Source: Girardia tigrina (lineage: Eukaryota). From it: a stretch of DNA of 49,516 nucleotides. This document shows positions 35,138 through 49,460 of this stretch, in pieces. The notes below the pieces were generated by a model that saw nothing but the letters and a program-made list of their open reading frames with translations, was not told where the DNA came from and made no database searches. Both the position numbers and the translations under genes were made by a program. The stretch lies in contig MQRK01217006.1 in the NCBI GenBank assembly GCA_001938485.1, positions 1-49,516 of the forward strand, given 5' to 3'. Each line of letters opens with the position of its first letter. The stretch's first letter is position 1.

Positions 35138-38100
35138 TTGTAATAACTCTATTTTCTTACACGCAAGTCTATTTTTCTTACACAGTTCTGTTTTTACGGG
35201 GGCTGCGTTTTGATTTTTGTTTTTTTGTTTTGTTTGAGTCAATCCACGCATTTTACGTTAGGCCACGCGCATTTTTCATTAAACCATTTTTTCTCAAGCC
35301 ATGCGCATTTCTTGCTGAAAGTATAGAAAAGACAAGAAAAGCAATAACAAACGCATATTTTACATTTTCACACAGGAAACTGATTCAGAAATCCGGATCT
35401 AGAATCCCGAATTAACTCATCTCGAATTTGATTCTTATCGATTTATCTAATATCTAGAGATTAATTCCTAATTTCAATTTGGCCTATTCAGTATTGTCGG
35501 ATCTCAAATTTTGACCCAATCTTTGGATTTTTGATTGCGAAGGAAATCCTATCTGAGTTTAATTGTTGATTTCTGACGAGGAGAATTTAATTTACGCATC
35601 GGTGAGGCTCACGTTTTAGTTTCTTAAATATTTTCTTATTTAAATTAATATATTTTAAATTCTATAAATTTTATAATTATTATTATATCAAAATAATAAT
35701 TCCTATTTACATACTTTAAACTTACTGCGACCGAAGAACTGTGTTTCTCAGTCACATAATATCCTACAAGTCACAAAGAGATATTACTTTATACTTTTAT
35801 AAAAAAATTGTTTCGATTATTTGTTTTATTTCATTATTATTCTTCTGCCATTTAAGAGCATCTGATTCTTCGCTTAATGCGAGTATTATTGTTTTAATCT
35901 TTCCTTTCTTGGCCTCTTCATGCATTGTTTGACACTGATTGCATAGTTCGCACGAATTTCTTGACATTGCATCCGCATTTGAATGTTTTTTCACCTTTTC
36001 GATATTCCATTTTCATGTCAAGACTACTCAGAAAATTTATCCATGTTTTGAACTGTGGTGTGATAGGGTTCTTTGTAGTCATCATAAACGTAATAGCTTT
36101 ATGATCTTTTCGGAACACAAATCTTTTTCCATACAAGAAATGTTTAAAATGCTGTGTCAAATAATAAATTGCAAGTATTTCTTTCCTTTTAATTCAATAT
36201 CCTAGTTCATGTTTATTCATTTTATGTGATCCATACGCAATCACCCTTTGTCTTCCACATTCGTCTTTCTGTGATAACACCGCCCCTATCGTATCAAAAC
36301 TTGCATCTGTATCAAGTATGAAGTCTTTGGCAAAATCAGGATATGGCAAAATTGGAGTTTTAATCATTCAGTCTTTTAGTTTTTGAAAAGCTTCATCACA
36401 TTCTTTAGTCCAAATCAGTTTCTTATCCTTACTTTTACCACATAAACTTTCCAATACTTTTGCATATCTTGCGTAATCCTTTATAAATTTTCTGTAGTAA
36501 TTTGTCAAGCCCAAAAATCTTCGTAAATGTTTAATGTATGATGGGCTTTGAAACTTGCTTAACGCGTCAATCTTTGATTTATCTGTTTCAATACCATCTT
36601 TACTTATGATATATCCTAAGAATTTAGTCTTTTCTACTAAAAATTAACATTTCTCCGGATTTATTCTCAAACCTAATTGTTTAATCTTCTCAAATACGTT
36701 ATTTACTATTTGAAGATGTTCTTTCTTATCTTTTGAGAAAGTCAAAATATCATCCAAATATACGACTGCTTCTTTCCAATTCAAATCTCCCAAAACTTTT
36801 ACCATTAGCTCCTGAAAAGTTGCTGGGGCCGCAGCAATTCCAAAAGGCATTCTCTTGAAACAGTACTGACCGTACTTTGTTGAGAATGCCGTCTTAATCT
36901 TTGATTCAACTTCTAATTCTACTTGATGGTAAGCGTTTCCCAAACTGATAGTTCTAAAGTATTTTGTCCCATTTGGTGTATCAACATATCGTCCACATTT
37001 GGCATTGGAAACGCTGGTCGGACGGTTATTTTATTTAACTGACCAAAATCTACACATACTCGAATATCTTGCTTTTCTTTTTTCCAAACACATACTAAAG
37101 GAAAGTTCCAAGGAGAACTACACTTTTCGATAATATCGTTTTCTTCAAAGTGTTTTATAATATCATCTAGTTTCTCTTCAAAATGTTTCGGTTGTCTATA
37201 CGATTTTACCAGTACTGGTTCTCCATGTAATTCTATCTTGTGTTTCGTTAACGAAGTTTTCCAATATCCCATTTATCAGCCATGAATATTGATCTGTACT
37301 TTGTTAAAAGTTCCATTAGCTCATTTTCACTTGTAGTATTGTACAATTCTCTTATTCTTTTTAATCTATCTTCATCAGAAGGGCTATCTCTAATGGCCAA
37401 TATCATATCGATATTTGATGCTTCTTTCTTCAGTTTTATTCCAAATTTATCCAAAAAATTTATACCAGTAATCATTTCCGGATCTATTTCTTTGACAACA
37501 TAAAACTCTATTGTTTTCCGTACCCTTTCTATTATCACCTTTAATTGTACAGTTCCATAGTTTACAAGTTCTGAGTCATTCGCATAGTGAATACGCTTTC
37601 TTGTTCCTCTAATCTGAATATTTTTCATAACTTTGATTAAATCCGCTTTAATGACATCCACTCGGGCTCATGTGTCTAAAAGGCACTGAACATTTTTATA
37701 TTTTATACGAAATTCTACACTAGGCCGTCTTTTTAATTTTTTATAATTTATGTCAAACTTTTCTATTTTTGATATATCTGGTCTAATATTTCTTTCCTTT
37801 CTTTCTTTTTCAAAATCCATGCTATCACATTTTTCATTATTTTCTTTATTCAAACTATCTAATTCACACATTTCTAGAGGAATATTTTCATACATACAAT
37901 CACACACACATTCATATGTACAATCAAACATACATCTGCATTGACTTTCTAATGAAGCACACTGATCACTTCTCACTATGATCGTGCATCCTTGTTTCTC
38001 TGATCCTCTCTGACTTTTATGTAACCTCTGTGATATTCCTGTCTTTTATAATCTTCTTTTCTATTGGTTTTTCTACGGTATAGCCTCGTCTTGAAGAGTT

Positions 38101-39339
38101 ATCTCCTTCATACAATTCATCGTCTAATTCGTCCAATTCCGCTACTGAATATTTCCTATTTGTGTACGTCGGCCGGTCTCTATATCTTTGATTCAAGTAA
38201 TTTTTCCTATCATTTTCCCATCGATTTCTTCAATTATCTCGTTTCCATTGCTCGCGTTCCTTAAAACTATACGGGTTTTCATAACATTGTGTTCTTATGT
38301 GTCCTTTTATATTGCAATAATTACATGTCACATTTGGACAATCTCTTCTAACATGTCCTTCTTCATGACATGCCCAACAAGTAATTTTCCTGACTTTAAA
38401 ATTTCTTCTTGCGTCTTCTGGAATTTCTCTATTCCGCGGTCTTGTTGTTCTCTTTTTATTTTCCACTGTTTTCCATTCATTTTCTCTTTTTGTATTATAT
38501 GCTGCCACTGGTGCATTTCTTTTCTTTTTCTTATGTTCGAACATTCTTGTTTGTATTTCTTCAATCTCATCAGATTTCGTGATACCTTGAATGGCTATTT
38601 GTTTTTGTACATCATAATCATCTATCAAGTTAGTGTATACTAAATTCAATAGTTCTTTCTTACCCAGCTTTTTCTCTGCCAATTTCTCTATTAGTTCGTC
38701 TGCCTTTCTAAATATTATTGTGGGATCGCTGGAGCAAATTCTCAAATCTAATATTTCTTTCATTAAATCTAGTACGGTTTTTTCCTTGGAGAACTCTGCT
38801 CTTAACTTTTCTTCATATGTATTACCGGGTGCTGTTTCATACTTAATTATTGCCTCCGGAGTCATGTAGGCGTAAGTAAAAGGATTTTCCTTTCCTCCGA
38901 AAATCCCATTATCTTCGAGTATCTGTTGAAATTCTTTATAAATGCTTCCACTTTTGTCTCAGATCCATCGAATGTTTCTGGACCTTTGATATTCGGAGTC
39001 ACGTGGTCGTCAATTATCGCCATATTAAGAACACCAATTTGACTTTTCATATTTTTATTTAAACAACAATTTTGATTGTCCTTAAGACAATCAAAGCTTT
39101 CGTACCTTTGCATTCTAAACTAAATTGATTAATGAATTAATTCTCATTATTTTTTTAGCAAATGAAGGAATAAATATTTTAATAAAATATTTAGTTAAAA
39201 CTTATTGGATGATAATTAAAATGGTTATTATTTATTTAAAAATATTAATTTGATTTATTTATTAAAAATTGTAAAAATTAGTTAACTTATTTAAAATTGT
39301 AGAATTATTTGAAATTAAAAATAAATTTAAACATAACAT

Positions 39340-39886
39340 ATTTTTACCACGTTTTTATTAGCTTGCTTTCTTGTCTGTTTGTCTGTTTGTTTGGAACAAA
39401 TCTTGCGATTGATTTTTCGACCACTTTCAGTCATCCAATTGAGCTGAATTTTCTTATACAGGCTTGCTTCTGATGATAATACAATTTGATAAAAAAAATT
39501 TTGAAAAGAAATAATTTTTCTAATTTTTTTTGCAAAAAACCACTTACGGTTATCTACAAATTTATACACTGTATTAAATAGCAATCTTTTCGTTTATTTT
39601 CATGAATGAAGTTAAAACTCTTTCAAATTACCAAATAATTTTATTTTGAAGATTGAAATATTTTCAAAAATTTTTTTTCAATTAATTTTTTTACATTTTA
39701 TACACACACACACATGTATATATTGAAATAATCAATGGTTTTTTACCACATTTTTCTTAGCTTGGTTTCTTGTCTGTCTGTCTGTTTGTCTGTCTGGAAC
39801 AAATCTTGCGATTGATTTTTTGACCACTTTCAGTCATCCAATTGAGCTGAATTTTTTTATACAGGCTTGCTTCCGATGACAATACA
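39340..39886. repeat. Two ~145-bp direct repeats (39340-39486, 39740-39886) with a (TGTC/TGTT)n tract
   Basis: Directly visible duplication inside the insertion that splits the Gypsy LTR. Confidence 0.8.
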
Positions 39887-40070
39887 ATATTTTAAAACAT
39901 AAACCGTATATGCTATAATTAAATAGCTTATGTCTTATACGGGAAAATAATCCGTGTTAATGATGTACGGAAAAAAGTAATAAATTGAACAAACAAAAAC
40001 ACGCCATTTGTTAAATTTATTTTTTATGACAATTAATTTCGACGGTATAACCGTCATCGTCAGGTCTCAA

Positions 40071-40336
40071 GAAAGAAATGAATTTTAAATCTGCTTACAT
40101 AGGCAAGCAGTGATTATGTCATCAATGGATTATTATGTCATCTAAACATGTCATTAAAAAAAACTATTGGGAGAGGGTGGCCTGTGAAGCACTTTATATC
40201 AGATCTTTAGATCCTATGATTAATGTGCAAACGGGTCTTTCGAAAACCCTATTAAGCGTGTTTAGATGACATAATAATCCATTGATGACATAATCACTGC
40301 TTGCCTATATAAGCAGATTTAAAATTCATTTCTTTC
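40071..40336. repeat. ~80-bp near-perfect inverted repeat (MITE/foldback) abutting an assembly gap
   Basis: 40071-40150 is the reverse complement of 40257-40336. Confidence 0.85.
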
Positions 40337-41145
40337 NNNNNNNNNNNNNNNNNNNNNNNNNNNNNNNNNNNNNNNNNNNNNNNNNNNNNNNNNNNNNNNN
40401 NNNNNNNNNNNNNNNNNNNNNNNNNNNNNNNNNNNNNNNNNNNNNNNNNNNNNNNNNNNNNNNNNNNNNNNNNNNNNNNNNNNNNNNNNNNNNNNNNNNN
40501 NNNNNNNNNNNNNNNNNNNNNNNNNNNNNNNNNNNNNNNNNNNNNNNNNNNNNNNNNNNNNNNNNNNNNNNNNNNNNNNNNNNNNNNNNNNNNNNNNNNN
40601 NNNNNNNNNNNNNNNNNNNNNNNNNNNNNNNNNNNNNNNNNNNNNNNNNNNNNNNNNNNNNNNNNNNNNNNNNNNNNNNNNNNNNNNNNNNNNNNNNNNN
40701 NNNNNNNNNNNNNNNNNNNNNNNNNNNNNNNNNNNNNNAGGTATAAAATTTCTCACATGTCTAGAAAAAAATTATTTTCCTCTTTTTAGTGCATTGGTAA
40801 TGCTTGAAAAACGTGGTTGTTTTTATAAAAAATTTTTTTATTAATAATATTATTAGATAATAAGAATTCAAATATTAATCATCCATCTGGGTAGGAGAGA
40901 CACATTTCCAAATCAACATAAACATTCAAACACAAAACATCGAACATTCAAAATATTCCTCACATCACCAAAATAGTTTATTATTTTTTAATTTGAAAAT
41001 TTAAAAGAAATAAATTAAAAAACTAAAATGTAGAGTAAAAGTATGATAATAAATACTTATTTAAAATATGCTTACAGTAATAACAATTGATATATTTTAA
41101 TAAAATTTATGAAATAACTTTAAATATATTTTAAAATAAAAAATG

Positions 41146-41915
41146 AACGGATTAATATTTTAAGAAATAATTTTTTTAATAAAAGGGTTTATTGTAAATT
41201 TAAATTAATTAATTTTTATGATATTTTCGTAAAATTTTCGAAAAAAATGTAAAATTATTTTAAGGTTTAAATTTCGTAATAGTTCATAAAAAATATAAAA
41301 TAATTTAAAGTTTAAATTTCGTAAATTTTCAAAATTTAATGAATTAATTTTAGGCGAAATAATTGAATTATTAAGAAATTTGTATAAATATGTGAATTGT
41401 TGATATTATTAAATTTTTTGGTGTTAAATTATGATTTCGGAATTTGATAATACTGAAAGTGGCATAAACGCTATTTACAATCACATTTTAACACCGAAAC
41501 TGTTTATCAACACAATAAAGTTCATTGACACCGATACAAGAATGACTAATTTTTACAACAAACTAGCTTTATAATTTTAATTTCAAACATAAAATTCATA
41601 ACAAATTAAACTTAATTAAAAATATAATCCACATCATTAATGTTTATCATTTAATTTTCTTTATATTAACTTAACACCAAAAACGCTAAACAAGACATTA
41701 CGTTATAAAATCCCTTTCATTATAAGACTTCCTGTTCAAAGCGTTTTGCTGAATTCATCGCTTGCTGTAACGAAAGTCACAATACCTTTCAGAATTTTCC
41801 TAAAACATGCTTGTTGCTGCGTTGAATTAGTCTTCAACTCCTTTAATTTGGAAACATGTATTGAGCATTCCTATTTCTCATAAACTATGGGGTTTGTATC
41901 ATGTCTTTTCACATT
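41146..41915 (-). repeat. ~770-bp repeat, copy 2 of the inverted pair
   Basis: Reverse complement of 29839-30625. Confidence 0.9.
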
Positions 41916-42835
41916 GTACTTTTTTGATTTTCCGATGCAAATTGGACAGTGTATTTTCACGTCTACTATTAGGCAAATATATTGTGATTCACAATTCTCT
42001 TAAAATACGCGTTGTTCATCGATCAATTTTCTTATTCTCATTGCTAGGGTCGCATTAGCAATTTTGCATTCATTTTTTTTATTTTTAGAATACATCTATC
42101 TGTTTCCAAACTTTACAACACTTAATAAACTGGCCATGTGATTGGCCATGACTCTATGTTATAGATTTTAGGTGGTTGTATGTACTTTAAAGTTGGAAGA
42201 ATTTGTGGGGGCCGTAGTCATGCCACTAAAGGGCTGCATGGGGCCCGCGTGTCACATGTTTGACATGCATGATTCAAAAGAAAAAAAATTTAAATAGATG
42301 TTTTAAAGGAGGCGACAGAATTCCTGAGAACTACAGTAATAATGGCTGAAATTTTTGCCAAAACTGGGAAAAAGGATAGTATCATTTCAGTGGATAATTA
42401 AAGAGGAAAATCCTTGTTAATTAATCGCAAAAACTATGTCGAGTAAAAAAATCATTAAAAATGAGGAATGCCACAGAAAATGAAAAGATACAGGAAAATA
42501 TCAATAAAATGAAGTCAAGGCAGAAATTAGACAGATAAATGTAGTGAAATTATCTTATTCCAACGAGGTTCAATGAAAAATCAAATAAATAGTAAAGCGT
42601 AGATGGGAAAGAATAAAGAGCATATGACATGGGATTATAATGAAGAGTAAAGTCATGTTTTTGGATGTGATCAGAAAGGTAATATCCGACTAGATCAAAT
42701 GAATAAATTAGGCATTGATTAGAAATTTCTTAATGGCCAAGACATAAATTATTACATAAAAAATACATAAAAGAATAATTTGAAATTTAGAGACAAATTA
42801 AGACTTCCTAATAGCGGAATGCATATTGTATTTAA

Positions 42836-43105
42836 CACTAGGTTTACGGAGATTTTTTATATACCTATCTCTACGGCACGCGTCAATTTGACGCATGACC
42901 GAAACATATATGTAAAGAAAAAACAATCCCTTATAAAGCAATATAATTATACACAATAAGTAAAAAATGAAAATATGAGATATACATTTACAGAAAAAAA
43001 AACTGATAAAAGTCAGCACAAGAGATAAAATAAAAATGAGGTTTTCTGTAATTTTACTAAAAAAAATCGAAATGCGTCAAAATGACGCGTCCAGTAAACC
43101 TAGTG
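42836..43105. mobile_element. piggyBac-like MITE
   Basis: TTAA on both sides; TIR cactaggtttac / gtaaacctagtg; internal inverted acgcgtcaa..tgacgc motifs. Confidence 0.85.
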
Positions 43106-44559
43106 TTAAAAAATACAATATTTTTAAAATACTAATAATTAACGAATTCCGTATTACAACATTATATATATAAAAGCCCAATGTTTTATCTGCGTAACGC
43201 TCATATTATTTACTTACAATTGTAAGTAGATAATTAAATTAATTTAAATTGTGGCAAAAATCGTTTTTTGGTTAGTGTTAGGGTTATGTTTAGGTTAAAT
43301 GTTAACGTTAGGGTTTGTAAAGGAAATAAAAAAAATTAAATTTAAAAAATTGAAAACTTAAACACCCAGTTCGAAACAATAAATAATAAATTATAACTAA
43401 GATTTTTATTATTAAAACAGAAACTTTGAGAGACGAAATTTTACTCTCCCGTCATACATGAGAGGTTTTTTCTTTTGCTTAAATAATAAGGTAAATAATG
43501 TGAAACTGAAAATCTGTATAAATTTTCCAATACAACTTTTTGTATCAGTTGTATATAATAAAAATCGTGTCCCATCAAAGCTTTTAAGAAGCACATAAAA
43601 AATTCATTTTTATAATGAATTATTATTTAAAATTATAATTAACTCAATTCAAAACCATACAGATTTTAAAATGACACATTGTACAAGGAAATCCAGAGAA
43701 TAATTTAAATTATTTACATGAAACTTTTAACAAGCCTGGAATACTCAGATTATGTAACCCTTTAAAAGCAAGAATGAATTAAATTATAAAATTATGGCTA
43801 TAATTATTAAACTTATGACTATAATTAAAAATAAAACATCATTTCTTGATATCATGATTCAAACATTTTATTTATATTGGACCTATTCACAACACATTTT
43901 CAAAAATTTATGATTAAAATCGTAGTCAATTTCAAAGATAAATTAAGATATTTTATATTTCTGAATATCTCATTGTATAACACGCGATCACATTTTGGTC
44001 AACTTGGAATGAACGCGTTAAAGTAACATATTAAAATAAGAAAATTGATTAATAAATTATATTTAAAATAGGTTATTCTAATTATCTTCCAGATGAATCC
44101 GAGAATTCTGGGTGTGATGGACAAGTTTGATTACGTTGAAACCATTGTTCAATGCAGCTAAAAATTATATTTTAAATGCAATATTGAAACATAACTATAC
44201 CTTTTGTGATATATACATAAACAGGGAAGTCTTGCTATAATATCGCCACGAATAAGTTCGACTAGACAAATTACACATTCTCCTTGATCTTCTGTTAGTA
44301 TATCGTCTTCATAATAAAAATAGAATAAATCAACACTTTAAAAAAGAAATAATGATCATTATATAATTATAGTTTATCAATAAATAATTATTATTGGGTT
44401 GGTGAAAACTATTGCTTCGACTGATGGAAATTCCGTTGTATTACTGAGTGGGAAGAGTGAGCAATTTGATATTGGGAAGTGTTTGTAAATGAATGAACAA
44501 CAGCAGAAAACAAAATAAATCTATATTGAGATCAACTTCAATAGTGTTACTATTGCGGC

Positions 44560-47500
44560 TGATTATGGAGGTAAAACTGGGAGATATGATTAGTGGGTAC
44601 GATGGTACCGATTATTTTTCGGAGTGGATCGCCAAATGACTCAAGAAGGCTGGGGATTTCGAATCGGTAATGCCGCTCTTCTTATTCAAAACGTTCATTG
44701 TATACGACGGTCAGGTGAACAACATGAAGCGAGAGTAGCGGAAGCCGAGGCGCGCGCTGGAAAAGGAGTTTTTCATCGACCGAGTCGCGGCGTTCGGTGA
44801 GCTATTCCACATGAGGTTGGCGGATAATGAGACGGTAGACGTATTTTTAACCGACATAAAAAGTTTGGTGTGTTTAATTGACCCTAACGCTAGCGATGAG
44901 TGGGTAAACAGCACCGTTATTGTGGGACTAACGGAGTCCGTCCAGCAGCAGATCAAATTGGCCTGTTCACTGGTTGATCGGCAGCTATATAAGATTAGTG
45001 TAACGGCTCGGGCGATGATTAGTTCAGATCCGTGTATGGTGACACCGGTCCGGAAATAATGACATAGCAGTAATTCCGGAAAAAAAACGGTTGATGGCGG
45101 TCGATCGGCAGATGATTGGCGGTTTTTTTCTGTGATTTTTTTTGACAAGGTTTTTCAGATGTAACAACATCGGGAAAATAGCCCGATTTTGTAGAATAGC
45201 ACCTTGAAAGTATTTTGTTTGTGGTGATGAGGGACATGTAGTTAGTCCACATAAGTGTGTGGAGCAACCAAAAAACGAATGAAGCAACGACAGGCTGGCG
45301 CAACTGTCTTTCCATGTCAAAATGCGCAGTTACCAAGGTTCGATGTTGAATTAAATGGAAGAACCGTACTAATGTTTATAGATTCATGCAGTAGTAGATC
45401 ACTCGTGGTTCAGAGGGTGGTGGAATTTCGTGCGATTAAAAGGACTTACGTGAATGCTGAAGGGAGAGGCGCTTGAAGGCACACAAGTGTGTGATGCAGT
45501 AGTGAATGTCAGGGGGATTGAAATTCCGTTAACTTGCGTGGTTGTAGAGGAGTTGCCTAGGTGTAAATTGCGTATAGGTCTCGATGGAATTAGAAATCTG
45601 AGCGGGGTTTATATTCGAGCAAATGGAGGCGTAACACTTGGAACTGAGGTGAAGTCGTTGGAAGAGGCAAACGTCTGCAACATTTGGGTTGATCCGCTCG
45701 CCGGTAATGGGAAAATCATCGGGACAGTTAGCGACGCGGAATACGAAAAGAAAGACAGTTCAGCGAAACTATACTTTTTCAACTTTAATGGGAATAGTAA
45801 ATTTCAAAAGGAGAATAGTAACAATTAATTATAACTTTAATTGTGACTTTTAATATAAGCATAAAGTAGTACACAATAACTTTTATATCGAAATAAAATA
45901 CATAGTTAATCAATAAATTATATGCATTTCTTATTAAAATGATTAATATAAAAAAATCAGAGAAAGAAAAGAAAAAACTGTAACTGCTAACTGTTGCGAA
46001 CTCAGGTGGTGATTGGAGAACACTTACTAGTGAATTAAAGATTCCACTGTCGACATCGTATTGGTGGGTGATGGAAGGAGAAGGTACAGATAGACGAGGG
46101 GGTGAGAGATTAAAAAAAATCAAACAAATCCACCTAGATTTTTTTATTGAAATGATTGAAAAAAATAATCGTATTATATTGGCTGAACTCGCATCTGTAT
46201 TTGAGGAAAGATTTTCAACATCAATATTTCAAAAACAGCAATCGCAAAAAAATCTTGATTCCTTCTGCTACTCACTTAAAAATGTGCGGTTTGCACCTGA
46301 GAGAGCAAATAACATAGAAAATAAAGTGAAGAGAAAGATGTTTGTAGAAGGACTGTTGGAATTCCCATTTCAAAACGTACCGATTTTATTTATGGGTGAG
46401 ACGAATTTGAACATCCATATTTCGAGATCACAAGGCAGATCGGTTAGAGGTACAAGATATACATCTATAGCTGCAGGATCTAAAGGTGCTAATGTCCATA
46501 TAATAGGATGTATAAAAAGCATTGGCTTTAAAAAATATGAAATAAAACGAAGCTCCTTTAAAAGTGAAAATGCCAAAATTTGGATGAAGGATTGTCTTAG
46601 GGAAGCAATGATTAGACATGGATCACCTGTTGTTATTGTCATTGACAATGCAGCCTGCCATACTAGGATAAAAAGGTTTTACAGGAACATGAATTTTCTC
46701 CAAACAAAATACTTAGGCTGGCTCCACACAGCCCTATGATGAATCCGATTAAAAATGTTTCGTCTATTATGAAGAGTTACGTAAAGAGAAGAATTTCTCA
46801 AAACATAGTTTCCATTCTTAATGAAAGGAACATTGAATTAACCCTAAAAAAGCAGAGATTAAGGGCCTTAGAAAGTCTTATGGAGGAAGATCTCCAAACT
46901 TTAACGTCAACAATATGTGCTAATTGTATAGCAAGTATTCAAGGAAAAGTTCCTGTAGCCCTCAGATTAGAGGATATTGAATTTTGAAATAAAATTTATG
47001 TGGTGTTTTCTTATTATTTAGTAATTATGTTAAGATTGTTTTCTTTTGATAATTTTATTTTTTCTCTTAATATCTCATCAAATCTTAAAATATCTATCAA
47101 GACTGAATCAAGAATAAAAAATTAGTGTGTTATAGGTAAAACCATTTAATTATTAAATTCGTCCATTTTAGTAGTGAGTAAATTAACATTTGGCATTTCA
47201 TTGCGTTTTAAATATAAAATTTATTAACTTAATCAAATTTTTTTAATTTAAACTTAATTATTATATTTTTTAAAATTATTATATAGAATTTATGAGCTTG
47301 TTTATTAAAATTAGACTTATTCTCCCATTTTTTTATATGTTTAATTTCTTAAATTTACTATTCCCATTTTGAAATTTACTATTCTTATTTTGAAATTTAG
47401 TTTTCTCATTTTGAAGTTTACTATTCTCATTTTTATGTTGAAAATGTATAAAGCCGAAGATCGTAGATAAAGATTTCGAGGCGTGGTTCGACAGCGAAGT

Positions 47501-49270
47501 GTTCTGAGGTATCGATTAATCACGCAAGGTGAGCGAGTTGCGTTAATAAAAGTGTGAAGAACAGAGAATTCGATGCTGAGGTTAAGAGATGGATCCAAGA
47601 AGGTTAGTTACAAGAGCACTGAGCGCATGCAGGAGTGATCATTCTGCTAATAGCCGTTCATCAGGACAACAAAGGTAAGGTCATACCGGTGCTGGACTTC
47701 AGGAAACTGAATAGATTTCTATCCAGTCATTCCACGGAAAGCGATATTTGCACTAAGAAGCTCAAAAATTGGCGTCAGATGGGATCGAACCTTTGTAAAA
47801 TAGATTTGAAGACAGCATAAAAGCAGTTGCATGCATCAGAGTGTTGTAGGAGTTACAGATGGTTCGATTTAAAGGAAATTTGTATGTGCTAACTCGCCTC
47901 AGACTCTGGTTGAAGGAAGCGAAGTTTATGTCTGCGGTGATCAAATTTGTGTTGTCGAGCAACTCTGTTGTTAAAAATACCACCGATTAATATGTGGATG
48001 ACATCGCTGGGAATTTGAGCAAAGTTAGTAGTCAGTATGTGTTAAAGGTGCTCAGGAATTTTGGACAGACTAAACCAGTTGAACCATTGCGTGGGGGTTG
48101 AGTTTTAGGATTGCGAGTAATTGAAGAAGGTTGAGTGATGAAGTGGAAACGAGATAATGTCATTCAAGAGGTGAATCGTGAAGTGACGAAGCGAAAAGTA
48201 TTTTCGTGGTTTGGCAAAGTAATTGGGGATTTTCCTGTCGCTGGATGGTTACGACCCGCATGTAGTCTTCTGAAGAGAATGACGAGCGAGACGAAGTTGA
48301 AAGAGAAGTTATATGAGACAAGTACTGGAATGTTGATGGATATTAAGAAACGTTTGGATGAATGTGATCTGGTGACTGAAGTATGAAATATTCCGAAATC
48401 AGAGAAGGATCGAGTATGGTGCGACGCGAGTAGTCTTGGGATCGGCGTCTGTTTGGAATTGGATCACATCATTGTGGCAGACAATTAATGACTGTGGAAG
48501 GAGGATAATGTTTGCCACATTATTTTGGTGAAATTAGAAGCGGTGTCGAAAGGAGTCAACATAGCTTTGGCGTGGAGTTTAACGGAAGTGATTTTTCTTG
48601 TTGGAGAGATTGGCGAGCAAATGCAATATGACTCTAGCGATTTCCTTGGTGGAATCTATTGAAAACAAATCCGATATTCTGATCAGAGTTCCTTCAGGTT
48701 GGTTCAAATAATCAAAATATTTACTGATTGTTAGTTCTTGGCAATTGCCATCGGTTGAAGATGTTAAAGTAATTCATAAGGAGCACCACTTTGGTGTGAA
48801 CAGAGCACTCTTCAGTTAAAACAATCTATGGAACTGTAGATGAAGGCGTAGTCGCTAAGGTAGTACCGGAATGTGACCGTTGCTTGTCGATCGATCCGAG
48901 AATGTACGGTGGAGTAGAGGTGAGCTGGAAGTTCCAAGAAACTGGCAATGTCGGGCGTGTGACATCTCTCACTTCCGTGGAGCAATATTATTTACGAGTA
49001 TTGATTGCTGTCCAAGCATTTCGCGATTTGGAGATGTAGTGAGAGTGCAGAAATTATTTTGGACACGTTGCTGGGAATCTTGCGGGGAAGAGGACCTCCT
49101 GATGAATTGTTGTGCAACAATTGGAAAAGCTTCCGATCGGAGTTATTGCGAAGAATGTGCGGATCGTGGAATGTGACGGTTAGATATCGCCCTTAAAGAA
49201 ATAGTATTGCCGAGATGAACCACCGAACAATAAAAAGGATGGCAGCGAGAGACGGAAGGGATGTGCTCGC
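44560..49270 (+). mobile_element. Decayed Ty3/Gypsy-type element (gag, PR, RT, RNase H, IN)
   Basis: Knuckle remnants FRCNNIGKIARFC and FVCGDEGHV; protease MFIDSCSSRS; RT PVLDFRKLN, IDLKTA, YVDDI; RNase H VWCDASSLGIG; integrase remnants HHFG, DISH, PDELLCNN. Confidence 0.85.
45774..47446 (+). mobile_element. IS630/Tc1-type DDE transposon nested between Gypsy PR and RT
   Basis: TATA on both flanks; imperfect TIRs; 22-bp subterminal tandem repeats at 47350-47432. Transposase LFMGETN, VIDNAACH, and (after a frameshift) LAPHSPMMNPIK. Confidence 0.9.
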
Positions 49271-49460
49271 CATGCGAAGAACATTAACTGCTTTTCGTTA
49301 ACGATTAGGGATAGTTTCAACTAATTATCTGAGTATAAGATGACCTAGATGGGAAAGAAGTAATACATTCTTAAGATATCTAAAATAATTAATCTTGATA
49401 GTAGGGGAAAAATGGGCATTCTCCCCACATGACCCCCCCCCCGGGGGGGGGTCGTACCTA

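Larger units (their letters stand above)
35790..40963 (-). mobile_element. Second decayed Ty3/Gypsy element of the same family; its 5' LTR (39023-40963) is split by insertions and a gap
   Basis: gag GPETFDGS, CWACHEEGHVRRDC, CNYCNIKGHIRTQC; protease LLDT; RT VYLDDI; RNase H FILDTDAS. The LTR end (40871-40963) matches 24590-24696. Confidence 0.92.

Noticed and set aside
40319-40756. 145-aa ORF
   Set aside because: Almost entirely an assembly gap (N).
43270-43316. Interstitial telomeric TTAGGG array
   Set aside because: Only two exact units among degenerate hexamers; more likely part of a non-autonomous repeat.
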